Notes under the pieces: generated by a model | Told to the model about the DNA's origin: nothing | Database searches by the model: none | Seen by the model: only the letters and a program-made list of their open reading frames with translations | Program-made: the position numbers and the translations under genes | NCBI GenBank assembly: GCA_019057385.1 | Contig: JAHQJS010000006.1 | Location: 517,038-581,037, forward strand | Reading direction: 5' to 3' | From: Candidatus Borrarchaeum weybense | Lineage (GTDB): Archaea; Asgardarchaeota; Sifarchaeia; Borrarchaeales; Borrarchaeaceae | Length of the DNA: 64,000 bases | In this document: piece after piece, positions 47,331 to 57,260 of the stretch | Layout: each line of letters starts with the position of its first letter | Numbering within the stretch: the first letter of the stretch is position 1

Positions 47331-48292
47331 AGCCTTAGTAACTTGTTTATTATCTTATCTGCTGTTCGTGTGTCTTCTGGATTTTCTTCAACGACATCTT
47401 GGTTCAACTCAAATGATGGCAAATTTGCAAGTACAGCTACGATACTTATTATACTTTGTTTTGCGACCCAAAGATTAGATCCTCCACTTAATAAGACTAC
47501 GAGGTTATCATCACAGCTATCTTTAGCTGCTTGTGTGATTATTTTAGCCATTTCAGGAAATGCAGAGGTCGTCAAGTTGAAACCGCCATAATCCGCGTGA
47601 TGGGAGTCATGCCCAAAATTCCACAAAATCATTTCAGGCCCGAATTTTTCGGCAAGGAATGGAGTTAGTTCTTGTAAAACTCTCAGAAAGCCTTTATCAG
47701 AGATATTTGAGGGCAGAGGGATGTCAAATTTATTGGATTTTATTAAATCGTCACTAAATGAATAGCCATCGGAAAAAAAGTTTAGATGTACCACATTTTC
47801 GTCACTCTCAAAAATATTCCGTGTGCCATCTCCTGGATGGGGATCTGTGTCGATTATCATGAATCGTTTGACATTGTAAGTGTTTCTAAGATGTTGAATA
47901 AGTAACGCAGAATTGTTAATGTAGCAAAAACCCCAATATGAATTACGACTTGCATGATGCCCAGCAGTTCCAGTAAAAACAAAGGAATTTTTTACTTTCT
48001 TCGTCCAGACCATTTCTCCTGCCAGTAAAGCTCCTCCCGCTGACAGCCGTGCGGCCTCATAACATTCATCTTCTTTGACTCTTGCAAGATGTTGCGTAGT
48101 ATGTATTTGAAGAATTAATTCTTCTTTTACTCTCTCAGGTGTTTGAATAACTACTCTGTTGTCTCGGTCGTTTTCTTTTAGAAAATCCATTAAAGAATTG
48201 TATGCGGGTGCTAATCTTTCTCGTAAAAAGAGATTTCCATGCGTTGCAAACTTCGGGTGATAAATCAAGCACGTCTGGGGCATTTTAATCAA
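47285..48292 (-). CDS. Histone deacetylase (Rpd3/HDA/AcuC-like Zn amidohydrolase) family protein
   Basis: AGHHA, WGFCYIN, IDTDPHPGDGT, NFGHDSH..D; the usual EGGY appears as SGGS. Confidence 0.88.
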   Translation of the reverse strand: MIKMPQTCLIYHPKFATHGNLFLRERLAPAYNSLMDFLKENDRDNRVVIQTPERVKEELILQIHTTQHLARVKEDECYEAARLSAGGALLAGEMVWTKKVKNSFVFTGTAGHHASRNSYWGFCYINNSALLIQHLRNTYNVKRFMIIDTDPHPGDGTRNIFESDENVVHLNFFSDGYSFSDDLIKSNKFDIPLPSNISDKGFLRVLQELTPFLAEKFGPEMILWNFGHDSHHADYGGFNLTTSAFPEMAKIITQAAKDSCDDNLVVLLSGGSNLWVAKQSIISIVAVLANLPSFELNQDVVEENPEDTRTADKIINKLLRLITFLVLCLSFIPFI

Positions 48293-48349
48293 AATGGTAT
48301 GTAAGGCAACTCCTTCCTAAAAAATCTAACTGCTAGGAGAGGGTGACCT

Positions 48350-49036
48350 CTAATCTTCGATTAGCCTTTTTGTCATCAACATCTTTTCTAAAAGTTTGAT
48401 ATCTAGTTGTCTCGGAATTACTTTATTTTTTATAGCATACACCATCACACTATCATCAATTTCTTGCGCAACCAATACTCCGTAAACTTCATCGACTAAA
48501 ATGTAACTAGAACTCAAATCTACTCGACCTCTTTCTTTTATACTCTTCACATAATCCAGTATTTGATCCACGTCCTCTTTTTTAGGTTTTGTTTTCTTAA
48601 GTTCGATAACAGCCAGTTTGTTCATGGGATCTTGGGCTAAGATATCAATCCTCTTACCTTCTGATAGAGTGACTTGTCGACCCAGCACTCGATAATTCTC
48701 ATAAATAATCCCTGTCAATAAGGTTGGGTATTCTGCTAGAACTTTCTCTATATCTAATTCTGTGAAACCTTCAGTCTTGATATTGAAAGGTTCAAGATTT
48801 ATCTTATAAATTCCTTTCAACTGTTTTGCTCTTTTTATATATTCCCTTGCATGCTCATAACATTCATCGTAGAGTTTACTGTCCACTCCCATTTCCATTA
48901 TTTGAGTCAATGTTTCTGCAGCCTGCAAATAAAGTCTAATAGCTGTTTTTTTGTCGCTTTTTTTGTCGACCTCGATTGCTTTTTCTGCTGTTGATTTTGC
49001 TGTCTTTAACAGCTTTGAGATTTGGTTTTGAGACAT
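48350..49036 (-). CDS. MIT domain fused to a NucS/EndoMS-like PD-(D/E)xK nuclease domain
   Basis: A...A.KAIEVDK....AIRLY..AAE.L...EYIKRAKQLK (MIT); E..IE..L...P...GRQ..L..GKRIDIL..D....VIELK...Q..DY. Confidence 0.82.
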   Translation of the reverse strand: MSQNQISKLLKTAKSTAEKAIEVDKKSDKKTAIRLYLQAAETLTQIMEMGVDSKLYDECYEHAREYIKRAKQLKGIYKINLEPFNIKTEGFTELDIEKVLAEYPTLLTGIIYENYRVLGRQVTLSEGKRIDILAQDPMNKLAVIELKKTKPKKEDVDQILDYVKSIKERGRVDLSSSYILVDEVYGVLVAQEIDDSVMVYAIKNKVIPRQLDIKLLEKMLMTKRLIED

Positions 49037-49149
49037 TTCAATCAGTTACTTTCTAGTAGGAAAGAAGGTGATCTTTATATTTTTTGGAAGTTAATTTGTA
49101 AGAACAGGAAAAGAAGTTTTTTCAAATAGCTATTCTAGGTTGGATTCTT

Positions 49150-50775
49150 ATGAATCACGATTTTATAACAAGGAAAGTTGCATTGACTCATGGAAATGTA
49201 ATTACTATGGACGAGACGAATCCGAGGGCTCAAGCGGTTCTTGTGATAGATGATAAAATCTTCAAGGTTGGATCCGATGCGGAGATCGAAAGACTGATTG
49301 ATGGAGATACGGAGGAACTGAATCTTGAAGGGAAGACATTGATTCCAGGATTTGTAGACTGTCATGCGCATCCTATAAACTTTGGACTTGCACTCATGGC
49401 AGTTGACTGCAAGACGCCATCTGTGAATTCCATTAAGGAGATAGTGGACAGGATTCAATTGACAGCAGAAGATAAATCAGAGGGAGAATGGATAATTGGC
49501 AGAGGTTATGACGATTTCAAACTGTCTGAGAAGAGACATCCTAACAGATGGGATCTAGATGAGGCTGCACCTAACAATCCTGTCATAATTACTCGATTCT
49601 GTGAGCATATTTCAGTTGTTAATAGCCTAGCTCTAGAACTTGCAGGTATATCAAAGGATACAAAGGATCCTGAAGGAGGGCAGATTGATAGAGATCCTAA
49701 GACTGGTAAACCAACTGGAATTTTGCGGTGGGGTGCTAAGGAATTGGTATTACGAATTATTCCTCCTCCTAGCGTAGCACAATTGAGACAAGCTATAATT
49801 TTGGCTTCCGAGCAATTTCTGGCCAAAGGAGTAACTTCAGTGTCCGAAGCCGGCGAAATAAATGCCTCGGCTATGAAAGCATATCAGACTGCAATATGGG
49901 ATGACGACGTACCCCTTAGGGTTAACTTGATGATGCCAATGAGCATGCTTGGTTTTTTACGGAAACTTGGTTTTTCAACAGGTTTTGGCAATGATAAACT
50001 TCGAATAGGACCAATAAAGATCATAGCTGATGGATCAACATCAGGAAGAACTGCTGCCCTATCTGAACCTTATGAAGATTCACCTGAGAATATCGGCATG
50101 ATGTATCTTAGTCAGAATGAGTTAAATAGCATAATTCTCACCGCTCATAGCGCAGGATTCCAAGTAGGTGTTCATGCAATCGGAGATAGAGCTATTTCAG
50201 CAGTTATCGACGCAATTGAGTTAGCCTTGGAACAATTCCCAAAAACTGATCATAGACATCGAATAGAACATTGTGGAATAAATAGTTCAACCATTGTAAC
50301 AAGACTAAAGAAACTGGGCATTATACCTGTTCCGCAACCCATATTTCTTTATGGTGAGGGTGAGAGTTACAGGGCAGGCTTGGGCGAAGACAGGGTAAAA
50401 TGGGCGTATCCCCTAAAGTCGTATATCGAGAGTGGAATCACGACACCTATGAGTTCAGATTGCCCCTGTACTTCTGGATCCGAGTTAATAAGCCCCCTTC
50501 TGGGTATTTATGTAGCCATTACTAGGATGACCGATGCCGGTAGAGAAATCGGAGCTGAACAAAAAATTGGAATAAAAGATGCCCTCAAGGCATATACCCT
50601 TAATAGTGCTTATGTAACCTTCGAAGAAGGTGTAAAAGGATCCATCGAGCCAGGTAAACTCGCTGATTTTGTTGTACTATCGGATGATCCTTTTAATGTA
50701 AGAGATAATGAAATTAAGGACATATACGTGGAAATGACTATAATAGGTGGCAAGACTGTTTATGAGAAACCATAA
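49150..50775 (+). CDS. Amidohydrolase 3 (YtcJ-like)
   Basis: PGFVDCHAH, KIIADGS..GRTA, HAIGDRA, HRIEH, SSDCP, GSIEPGKLADFVVL. Confidence 0.92.
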   Translation: MNHDFITRKVALTHGNVITMDETNPRAQAVLVIDDKIFKVGSDAEIERLIDGDTEELNLEGKTLIPGFVDCHAHPINFGLALMAVDCKTPSVNSIKEIVDRIQLTAEDKSEGEWIIGRGYDDFKLSEKRHPNRWDLDEAAPNNPVIITRFCEHISVVNSLALELAGISKDTKDPEGGQIDRDPKTGKPTGILRWGAKELVLRIIPPPSVAQLRQAIILASEQFLAKGVTSVSEAGEINASAMKAYQTAIWDDDVPLRVNLMMPMSMLGFLRKLGFSTGFGNDKLRIGPIKIIADGSTSGRTAALSEPYEDSPENIGMMYLSQNELNSIILTAHSAGFQVGVHAIGDRAISAVIDAIELALEQFPKTDHRHRIEHCGINSSTIVTRLKKLGIIPVPQPIFLYGEGESYRAGLGEDRVKWAYPLKSYIESGITTPMSSDCPCTSGSELISPLLGIYVAITRMTDAGREIGAEQKIGIKDALKAYTLNSAYVTFEEGVKGSIEPGKLADFVVLSDDPFNVRDNEIKDIYVEMTIIGGKTVYEKP

Positions 50776-50882
50776 AAAGTTTTTATCGTCGTATATCTCA
50801 CTCTAAGTCCTATTTATTTTGATGGCACGCACAAAGGAAAAGTTTAAAGGCATTAAATTTACATATTTATATTATAGGTACT

Positions 50883-51911
50883 TTGTTTTTTCTAATAGAG
50901 CTGACTGAAATGTTTAGAGAAGATATACGAAAACGTTCAGAATACGGAGATGAATTCGTTCGATTGTTTATTAAAGATGGTCTTCAAGATCGTCTACTAC
51001 CTTTTTCAAAAAGTGCCTTAGAACTGTTTACAAAGTATTGCTTTGAAGAATGCAATGACTCAGACCGTCTTAAGTGTATTTTACGCCCCTGCACTGAGAT
51101 TATTGACGGAAATAATCGCCGGCTTTTAGATCTCTATATTGATTCAGGTATTAAGAAAAATGAGCTCCCTCTTTTCTGTTACAGCCAACGACAACAAATG
51201 ATAACTAAAATTCTTACTGGAAAAGAACGAAGACGAGGAAAAAATATTGACAAGAAGGTTTTTTTAGAAGATTTCCTCGATATATTATTTCCAAAAGCAG
51301 CAAAACCATTGAAAAGGGCATTACAGAGAAAACAAACGTTCATCAAAACATTCTTAGGAAGACTTGATGAAATGGATGAATTCACGCTATATTCTTCTCA
51401 AGACGATTACCTATTATTCTCAAATAACCATGACATTTTTTTTATGGACTTAAATCGAAGCATTGTAACATTGAATCCTGGTGAACACAGAATAAATGAA
51501 ATGACCGAATTAACAGGCTTCACTAAATTCTTTTCTCACAAACATGATCAACAGGCTGAATTAATTGAAAATGGATTTGGATGGAACCATATTCAATTTC
51601 AAGTTTATGAATCTAAAGAAGATTTTACTAAAGAAGAAAAATCTCGACTTCAAAAATTTCTAATAGAACTCCGTAAAGACGACACAGGCCTCTTTTCCGC
51701 ATTTTATGTTGCAGATAAGACGATACAGATCAATACAGACGTTTACTATCATAATTATGATCCTGAAGTGTATTTGACTTATAATGACAAAAAATTGCTA
51801 GTCAGATCTTTAGAGGAAATATTTTCCTCAATGAAGCGCCTTCAGGACGATATTGCACAAAAACTCATTGAAAAATCTGAGGATGTTACTAAGGAAACCT
51901 CTTCCGAATAA
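50883..51911 (+). CDS. Hypothetical protein with a Cys cluster near the N-terminus
   Basis: 342-aa ORF containing CFEEC..C..PC...FCYS. The start may be ATG at 50910. Confidence 0.7.
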   Translation: MFFLIELTEMFREDIRKRSEYGDEFVRLFIKDGLQDRLLPFSKSALELFTKYCFEECNDSDRLKCILRPCTEIIDGNNRRLLDLYIDSGIKKNELPLFCYSQRQQMITKILTGKERRRGKNIDKKVFLEDFLDILFPKAAKPLKRALQRKQTFIKTFLGRLDEMDEFTLYSSQDDYLLFSNNHDIFFMDLNRSIVTLNPGEHRINEMTELTGFTKFFSHKHDQQAELIENGFGWNHIQFQVYESKEDFTKEEKSRLQKFLIELRKDDTGLFSAFYVADKTIQINTDVYYHNYDPEVYLTYNDKKLLVRSLEEIFSSMKRLQDDIAQKLIEKSEDVTKETSSE

Positions 51912-52020
51912 ATTTATATAATAAGTGGTTCATTTTCTTCCAATAGATTTTTCGGAAATTGACAGAATTTATTATTTAATTGTGTTCTAAACAGCTATTA
52001 ACTATCTTAGAGGTTAAACT

Positions 52021-52719
52021 ATGACCGAACCGATAATAACTTCCATGGACGACTCAGATACATTTGCTAGAACACTTCTCGCATTAGAAGTTCTCGTGGT
52101 TGCCACATTTTTTGGTATCTTTCAAGCATTAATGTTTCAAGAGAGTTTATATCTCATGTTAATTGGAATTGGATTCGGTATCGCTTGTTTCATTTTATTT
52201 GGGCGTGCTATTACTCAGATGAGTCTAAAAGAACTTGGATTGGTCAAAACAGCATTAAAAAACAATGTATTTTTCGGAATTCTTATTGGAATAATACTTC
52301 ATCTAGCTTTTAGCGCATATTATTTCATTGCTTATGAAAAGGTTCTTTTCTTGTTACCTTATCGCAATTTTGTTATTATCCCAATTGCATTGCTTGTTGT
52401 ATTTTCAGAAGAATTGTTTTTTAGAGGATATATGCTTCCGAGACTGGAAGGTGCCTTTAAATCATATGCGACTGTTTTAGCGGTATTAATCAATTCCATT
52501 TTGTTTATGTTCTATCATCAAAACTCAATCTTCAATTTGATTCTTTTTGGTCCTTACTACTCTACGATAGAGACAATGTTAATCAACTTTGCTGGAAGTG
52601 TAATCCTTTCTATTATTTTTGTAAAATTCAGGAGCTTAATTTCACCAACATTAGCCCATGCTGTGTTTGATATCCTCTTCTATATTCATTTTACATTTCC
52701 GTATTGGCTAATACCTTAA
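52021..52719 (+). CDS. CPBP (CAAX protease/Abi) intramembrane metalloprotease
   Basis: EELFFRG, LFMFYH, AHAVFD motifs and multiple TM segments. Confidence 0.9.
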   Translation: MTEPIITSMDDSDTFARTLLALEVLVVATFFGIFQALMFQESLYLMLIGIGFGIACFILFGRAITQMSLKELGLVKTALKNNVFFGILIGIILHLAFSAYYFIAYEKVLFLLPYRNFVIIPIALLVVFSEELFFRGYMLPRLEGAFKSYATVLAVLINSILFMFYHQNSIFNLILFGPYYSTIETMLINFAGSVILSIIFVKFRSLISPTLAHAVFDILFYIHFTFPYWLIP

Positions 52720-53090
52720 CTTTAACGTCCATCGGGATTCTTTCACAAGCAATCGTTTCCTGATAAGAATTTTCAAAAAATTAAATAAAAATGCACAGAA
52801 AGAAGTACATATCTTGATTGAGACAAGTATCTGAATAATATATTTTTGTAACTTTCATAAATCTTAAATATCGTTGTATTGTTGGCACTACAGGCCGTAG
52901 TAGGTGCGTCTTGTAAACCAGTCATTTCAACAGCTCCTATTTATTAGCCCTACTACGGTTTAAATTAACAATTTTATGAAAAGTTTTAATTCAACTAACA
53001 TCCTATAATGTTTGAGTATTCTGATTTATAAGAAAACGATCTTGCCTAAAAAAGAGGGAAGGGCATTAATTTATAGATATGTAGGAAGGA

Positions 53091-54101
53091 GTGTATAACG
53101 AAATGGATGAAAATGTAGACGTGTGGATAACTCAATCCTTAAATTCTGTGGGTATTATTGCAAATGAATATTTACCTGTAATGGGAGGTCTTCTCGTTCA
53201 CGTTAAGCGAGAAGGAATAATATGGATACCCCGTTCAAGGGTAGCTGGGATTTTATCTAAGAGTGGTCTTTTAGACACAATTGCGAGGCATGGACAGATC
53301 GTTTTTAGTGCAATAGGGTTCATTTTCGCACCAGTTGCGACAGCTTATTCACAGTTTATTCGTCGAGGGCTTAGAATACCTCCAAATATTGTAACCTCAT
53401 ACAGTAAGTCCATCATAGAACGCGTTTTGTTAACACGTCCTACCCTTTACCAAAAAGCAGCTCAGACTCTAAGTGGAGTTAAAGAGAAATTAGTAAGTGT
53501 CATCAAAAGAGAGACTGATGAAAAAGAGGAAAAAGAGGTTACTTATTACGCACTCCGGATCATAGTAACGTTAGAAGAAATTAAGGTAGATGAACTTGCT
53601 GAATCAAGTTTCATCTCTAAAATGGAAAACGCAATTATGAGCAAACTAGAAGGCGAAGAGAGTCTTCCTGAAACACTAGAAACATTCGAAACTTCAGAAA
53701 AATTTGAACCATCTGTCGAAACCGAGATCACATCTACAGTTAATGAAGAAGATGAAAATACCGGAAAATTAGAAAAACTCTCTAAAGTCAAAGATAAAGC
53801 TGTGGAAAAACTAAAAAATGCAGGCTCTATCGCAAAAGAAAAACTCCAAGATACAGGAGCTGTTGCAAAAGAGAAATTAATAGATGTGGGTTCATACGTA
53901 GGTGACAAGATAAGTAAAATCGAGGTTAAAAAAGTTATAAGATGGCTTCAGGGCTACCCCCTCTTTCGAATACGTTTAACTGAAAGTGAGACAGATAAGT
54001 TACATAGATTTTTAAAGAGCCTACAAGATGACGGAATTGAAATAAATTCTGCTTTGGAACTTGAAGATGAATTATTAGCAGAATTTGACATAGAAAGTTA
54101 A
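53091..54101 (+). CDS. Hypothetical protein with an acidic linker and LEA-like 11-aa repeats
   Basis: KDKAVEKLKNA / AKEKLQDTGAV / AKEKLIDVGSY; AGGAAGGA SD. Confidence 0.7.
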   Translation: MYNEMDENVDVWITQSLNSVGIIANEYLPVMGGLLVHVKREGIIWIPRSRVAGILSKSGLLDTIARHGQIVFSAIGFIFAPVATAYSQFIRRGLRIPPNIVTSYSKSIIERVLLTRPTLYQKAAQTLSGVKEKLVSVIKRETDEKEEKEVTYYALRIIVTLEEIKVDELAESSFISKMENAIMSKLEGEESLPETLETFETSEKFEPSVETEITSTVNEEDENTGKLEKLSKVKDKAVEKLKNAGSIAKEKLQDTGAVAKEKLIDVGSYVGDKISKIEVKKVIRWLQGYPLFRIRLTESETDKLHRFLKSLQDDGIEINSALELEDELLAEFDIES

Positions 54102-54285
54102 TATTTGCAAACAAAAACCTTGTAATTCAACAATAAGATATCTAAAACATTTTTGCGAGAATCTTAATCTATATATAGATCTTTTACACATAAATGCTTT
54201 ACACTTTTTTTAACTCAAGCAATTTTGAGTTAGGAAGAGACACTTCCGAAATTTTAAATAATAAAAAAATGTTAGGAAGAGACAC

Positions 54286-54891
54286 TGCCAAAAACAGCGC
54301 TAATAATTATAAATATCGTTCCAAAACGACTTTTTGAGTGAAAAGGGAGCACTGGCAGGAGCTGGAATTTGGAAGAGGGCAAAAGATCACAATACGGTAG
54401 GAAAAATGAAAAAAGTACTTGAAGCTGCAAGGAAAGCAGGACCGGACAAATGTTTGATAATACATTCACCGATTGGTTTTAGAGAAGGCTACCCAGAACT
54501 TGCAAAAACGCATCCGGGTCTACTTAAAGGAGCTGAAGAAGCTGGTGGGTTCAAAAAAGGCGAATGGGGAGCTGAAATCACTGATGAGCTTAAACCACTA
54601 TCCGACGAGACTGTGCTAGATAAGCGTCGGTTATGCGGTTTCACTGATACGGAACTAGATGGCCTGTTAAAGAATTTGGGCGTTGAAAATCTGATGATAG
54701 GCGGTTTTGTAACCAATTGGTGTGTAGAAGCTACTGGTAGATCTGCATATGATAGGGGTTATCACCCAGTTTTTCTGAAAGACTGCATGGACGCTTTCAC
54801 TGATGAAGAACAAAAGTTTGCTGAAGAAAAGATCTTTCCAGTAATTGGAGAAGTCTTAACATCAGACGAAGCAATGGCGAAGTTTCTATAG
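54286..54891 (+). pseudogene. Isochorismatase-family cysteine hydrolase with a probable 5' frameshift
   Basis: The body has QNDF, GEWGAEI, DKRR..GF..T.L and GFVTNWCVEATGRSAYDRGY. The N-terminal KTALIII strand is in another frame, joined at ATC G TTC CAA, so the acidic catalytic codon appears lost. Confidence 0.6.
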
Positions 54892-54961
54892 TCGAAAATA
54901 GAGCCTTCGTCTTTTTTTTTTAATAACTTATATTTTTCTATATCTCTTTTTCTCTACTTTT

Positions 54962-55384
54962 TCAATCGTCACAAGAAACCTTGTCAAGTTTTGGAATGTA
55001 AGGTTTAATATCTATTAAAGGCGTGCCATCTATTGCGTCAATACCTCTTACTGTCAAAACATTCCCCTTACGTTCAATCAACTCTGTAGTGCATATTCCG
55101 ATAGGATTTGGTCTACCTGGTGATCTTATGGAGAATACGCCTCGCGGAGTTGGACTATCGGGTGTAGGCGTTATTAAAGTGCCTCTGTTTGCTTGATGAA
55201 GCCAATATATCAAAATAACGTGCTTACGCTTTTCAATGTCCTTTAATCCTTCAGTAAACTCAGGAAATATTTCAACAGTTCCCAATGTTTGTACAAGTCT
55301 TCCTTGTCTAGGTGCATCGCCTTTTGTTTTATAAGGTGACCTGATAATACCAATTGGTTTCAAAATAATCTCCGTTGTCTTCAT
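54962..55384 (-). CDS. trmO: tRNA (t6A37) N6-methyltransferase TrmO/TsaA family
   Basis: PIGIIRSPY..APRQG, RGVFSIRSPGRPNPIG, DAIDGTPLIDIKPY; AGGAG SD before the ATG at 55384. Confidence 0.9.
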   Translation of the reverse strand: MKTTEIILKPIGIIRSPYKTKGDAPRQGRLVQTLGTVEIFPEFTEGLKDIEKRKHVILIYWLHQANRGTLITPTPDSPTPRGVFSIRSPGRPNPIGICTTELIERKGNVLTVRGIDAIDGTPLIDIKPYIPKLDKVSCDD

Positions 55385-55500
55385 AATAAATTCTCCTAAA
55401 GGTAGGTCTTTTAGTTTTTCTACTATTCTTCCTAACACGCTTAATATCAAATGAATTTTCATAAACTAAAATTAGAATTGAAAAATACCTCTATATATGT

Positions 55501-55974
55501 TTAAAACTCTTCCAATTCTTTCAATAATTTCAATAGTCGGTCTTCTGCTCGCGTAGATATTTCTTTTTCATCGGCATGAAATTCTCTCAGTGCACGTCCA
55601 AGCCGTTTAACATTTTGTTTTATTGTAAAGCGGACAACTCCGATATTAACGGAGGGTTCTGCAATAACACATAGCACAGCTTCCTGATTAATACCTGCTG
55701 TAAAAATAACCCCAGTATCAAATTCGGAAACAACCAAATTTAAATTCCCCTCGATCTCAGTATGCTTCCCCTGTGTTTCACTGGCACAAAAAACGGCATT
55801 GCCTATGGCACCAAGACCGTCAACATCTACAGGGCGTGCGTCAAATTTTGTTACATGACCCAAAGTTAAACCTGTGCGATCTGTTAGAATCACTGTTCTA
55901 ATGGCATGGTCAGCTTTAATGAGTCCTGAAAGAACTCGATTTAATGCCTCAGATAGAGCTTTACCATCCCACAC
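55501..55974 (-). CDS. Roadblock/LC7 (MglB-like) domain protein
   Basis: IRTVILTDRTGLTL..LGAIG...E...G.I...INQEAVLCVIA....NIGVVR. Confidence 0.85.
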   Translation of the reverse strand: MWDGKALSEALNRVLSGLIKADHAIRTVILTDRTGLTLGHVTKFDARPVDVDGLGAIGNAVFCASETQGKHTEIEGNLNLVVSEFDTGVIFTAGINQEAVLCVIAEPSVNIGVVRFTIKQNVKRLGRALREFHADEKEISTRAEDRLLKLLKELEEF

Positions 55975-56208
55975 TAGAACTGCCTCTCATAATGATGCTA
56001 TGTGATGCTTATTGATATCCACGATAATAGAGTATTTCAAGGATTCGGTTGTTAAGCTAACTCGAAATCTCTACAATGCATTGTTTATATTGCAGATGCT
56101 ATTTTTTTAAAAGCTTCTCTACGAAGATTTGTGAATCCATTTTCATATAATAAAAAAAGAGAGAAAGCTGGCACGTATGCGGTGATTCATCTACATATTT
56201 TCACTGCA

Positions 56209-57090
56209 TCATGCTTTTTTAATCGGTTTTATATCAACAACGGCACGTGGCACGCCCATTCTCGCGATCTTTCTATTTAGAGCTTTCACATAGCGTCTGT
56301 GAAAAGGAAGATAGAAGAATAGAGTCCATACAATGGAATGCGAAGCGGTGCCAACTGCAATTAATATAATTAATGCTACTTGCCCTGCAAATTCTGGATT
56401 TGGTGCCGTTGCTAGTTCTATAAAGAATTTCACGAAGCCCAATATGGCAGAACCACCAACGAAGCCTTCAAGTAGTCTTTGTCCAAACCCAGAAGATTTC
56501 TCGACCTCAAGATTGCCTTTTACTCGCTGGAAATAGTAAAGTGAATAGTCCCTTAAGATAAAGAGTCCTGGCATGATTAGGCCTAAAATCACTGGGCTAA
56601 CGAAGAAAATTATTATGTTTATATTAATTAACAACTGTAAAGCTTCTTCCTGAGTGACTTGAGTTATTGCTGGGAGGAAGTCTGCGAATTTAAGTAAATT
56701 GATTGCTAGTGAAATAAGGAATAATATAGGAATCCATGGTCTTACAAGACTTTGACGTACATTACCCCAAAAACGAGTCCTTCGTGATAATTCTTCTTCG
56801 ACCAATTCTTCCTCCTCTTCTTCTTCTAAGATGAAATATCCCTTTTCTAGGCTTTCAAGATCTTTTAGATCAGTATCCGCAAGTCCTGCAACAGTACGTC
56901 CTCTAAACCATAACACAAAGCGAATGACACTTGCAGAGCTGTACACCTTACCCATCGCCACCCAGACTACAATGCCCACCAGCGTAGCTACGAGCAGGAG
57001 CAGTGCTAAAGCAGGAAGAATTCCGAATACAATGAGTCCGAAAATTAATGCGAGTATTGTAGCTAGGATCTTTGTGATTTCACTTGTCAT
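56209..57090 (-). CDS. Hypothetical multi-pass membrane protein
   Basis: Several TM segments and a poly-Glu loop. Confidence 0.75.
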   Translation of the reverse strand: MTSEITKILATILALIFGLIVFGILPALALLLLVATLVGIVVWVAMGKVYSSASVIRFVLWFRGRTVAGLADTDLKDLESLEKGYFILEEEEEEELVEEELSRRTRFWGNVRQSLVRPWIPILFLISLAINLLKFADFLPAITQVTQEEALQLLININIIIFFVSPVILGLIMPGLFILRDYSLYYFQRVKGNLEVEKSSGFGQRLLEGFVGGSAILGFVKFFIELATAPNPEFAGQVALIILIAVGTASHSIVWTLFFYLPFHRRYVKALNRKIARMGVPRAVVDIKPIKKA

Positions 57091-57260
57091 AGTCCATTAC
57101 TATCCTTTTTGGTTCTTAGAATCTCCTACGTCACGGTCTTATATGAAGCATTCGGTTATATGATAATAAGTATACGTAGAAGGAAGTAAATATCATAAAG
57201 GAAAAAATTAGAAATAAATTTTATTTTTTCGTGCGTTTCATCGAAGATTGCATCAAAAAA

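Noticed and set aside
45100-47400. CRISPR array near the Cas7/Cas5-like genes
   Set aside because: No regularly spaced 25-40 bp repeats with unique spacers were seen here or elsewhere in the window.
47157-47591. 144-aa ORF after Cas5-HD as a third cas gene
   Set aside because: Two thirds of it is antisense to the HDAC gene, it has no recognisable motif, and its 5' part is better explained as structured RNA. A short peptide cannot be fully excluded.
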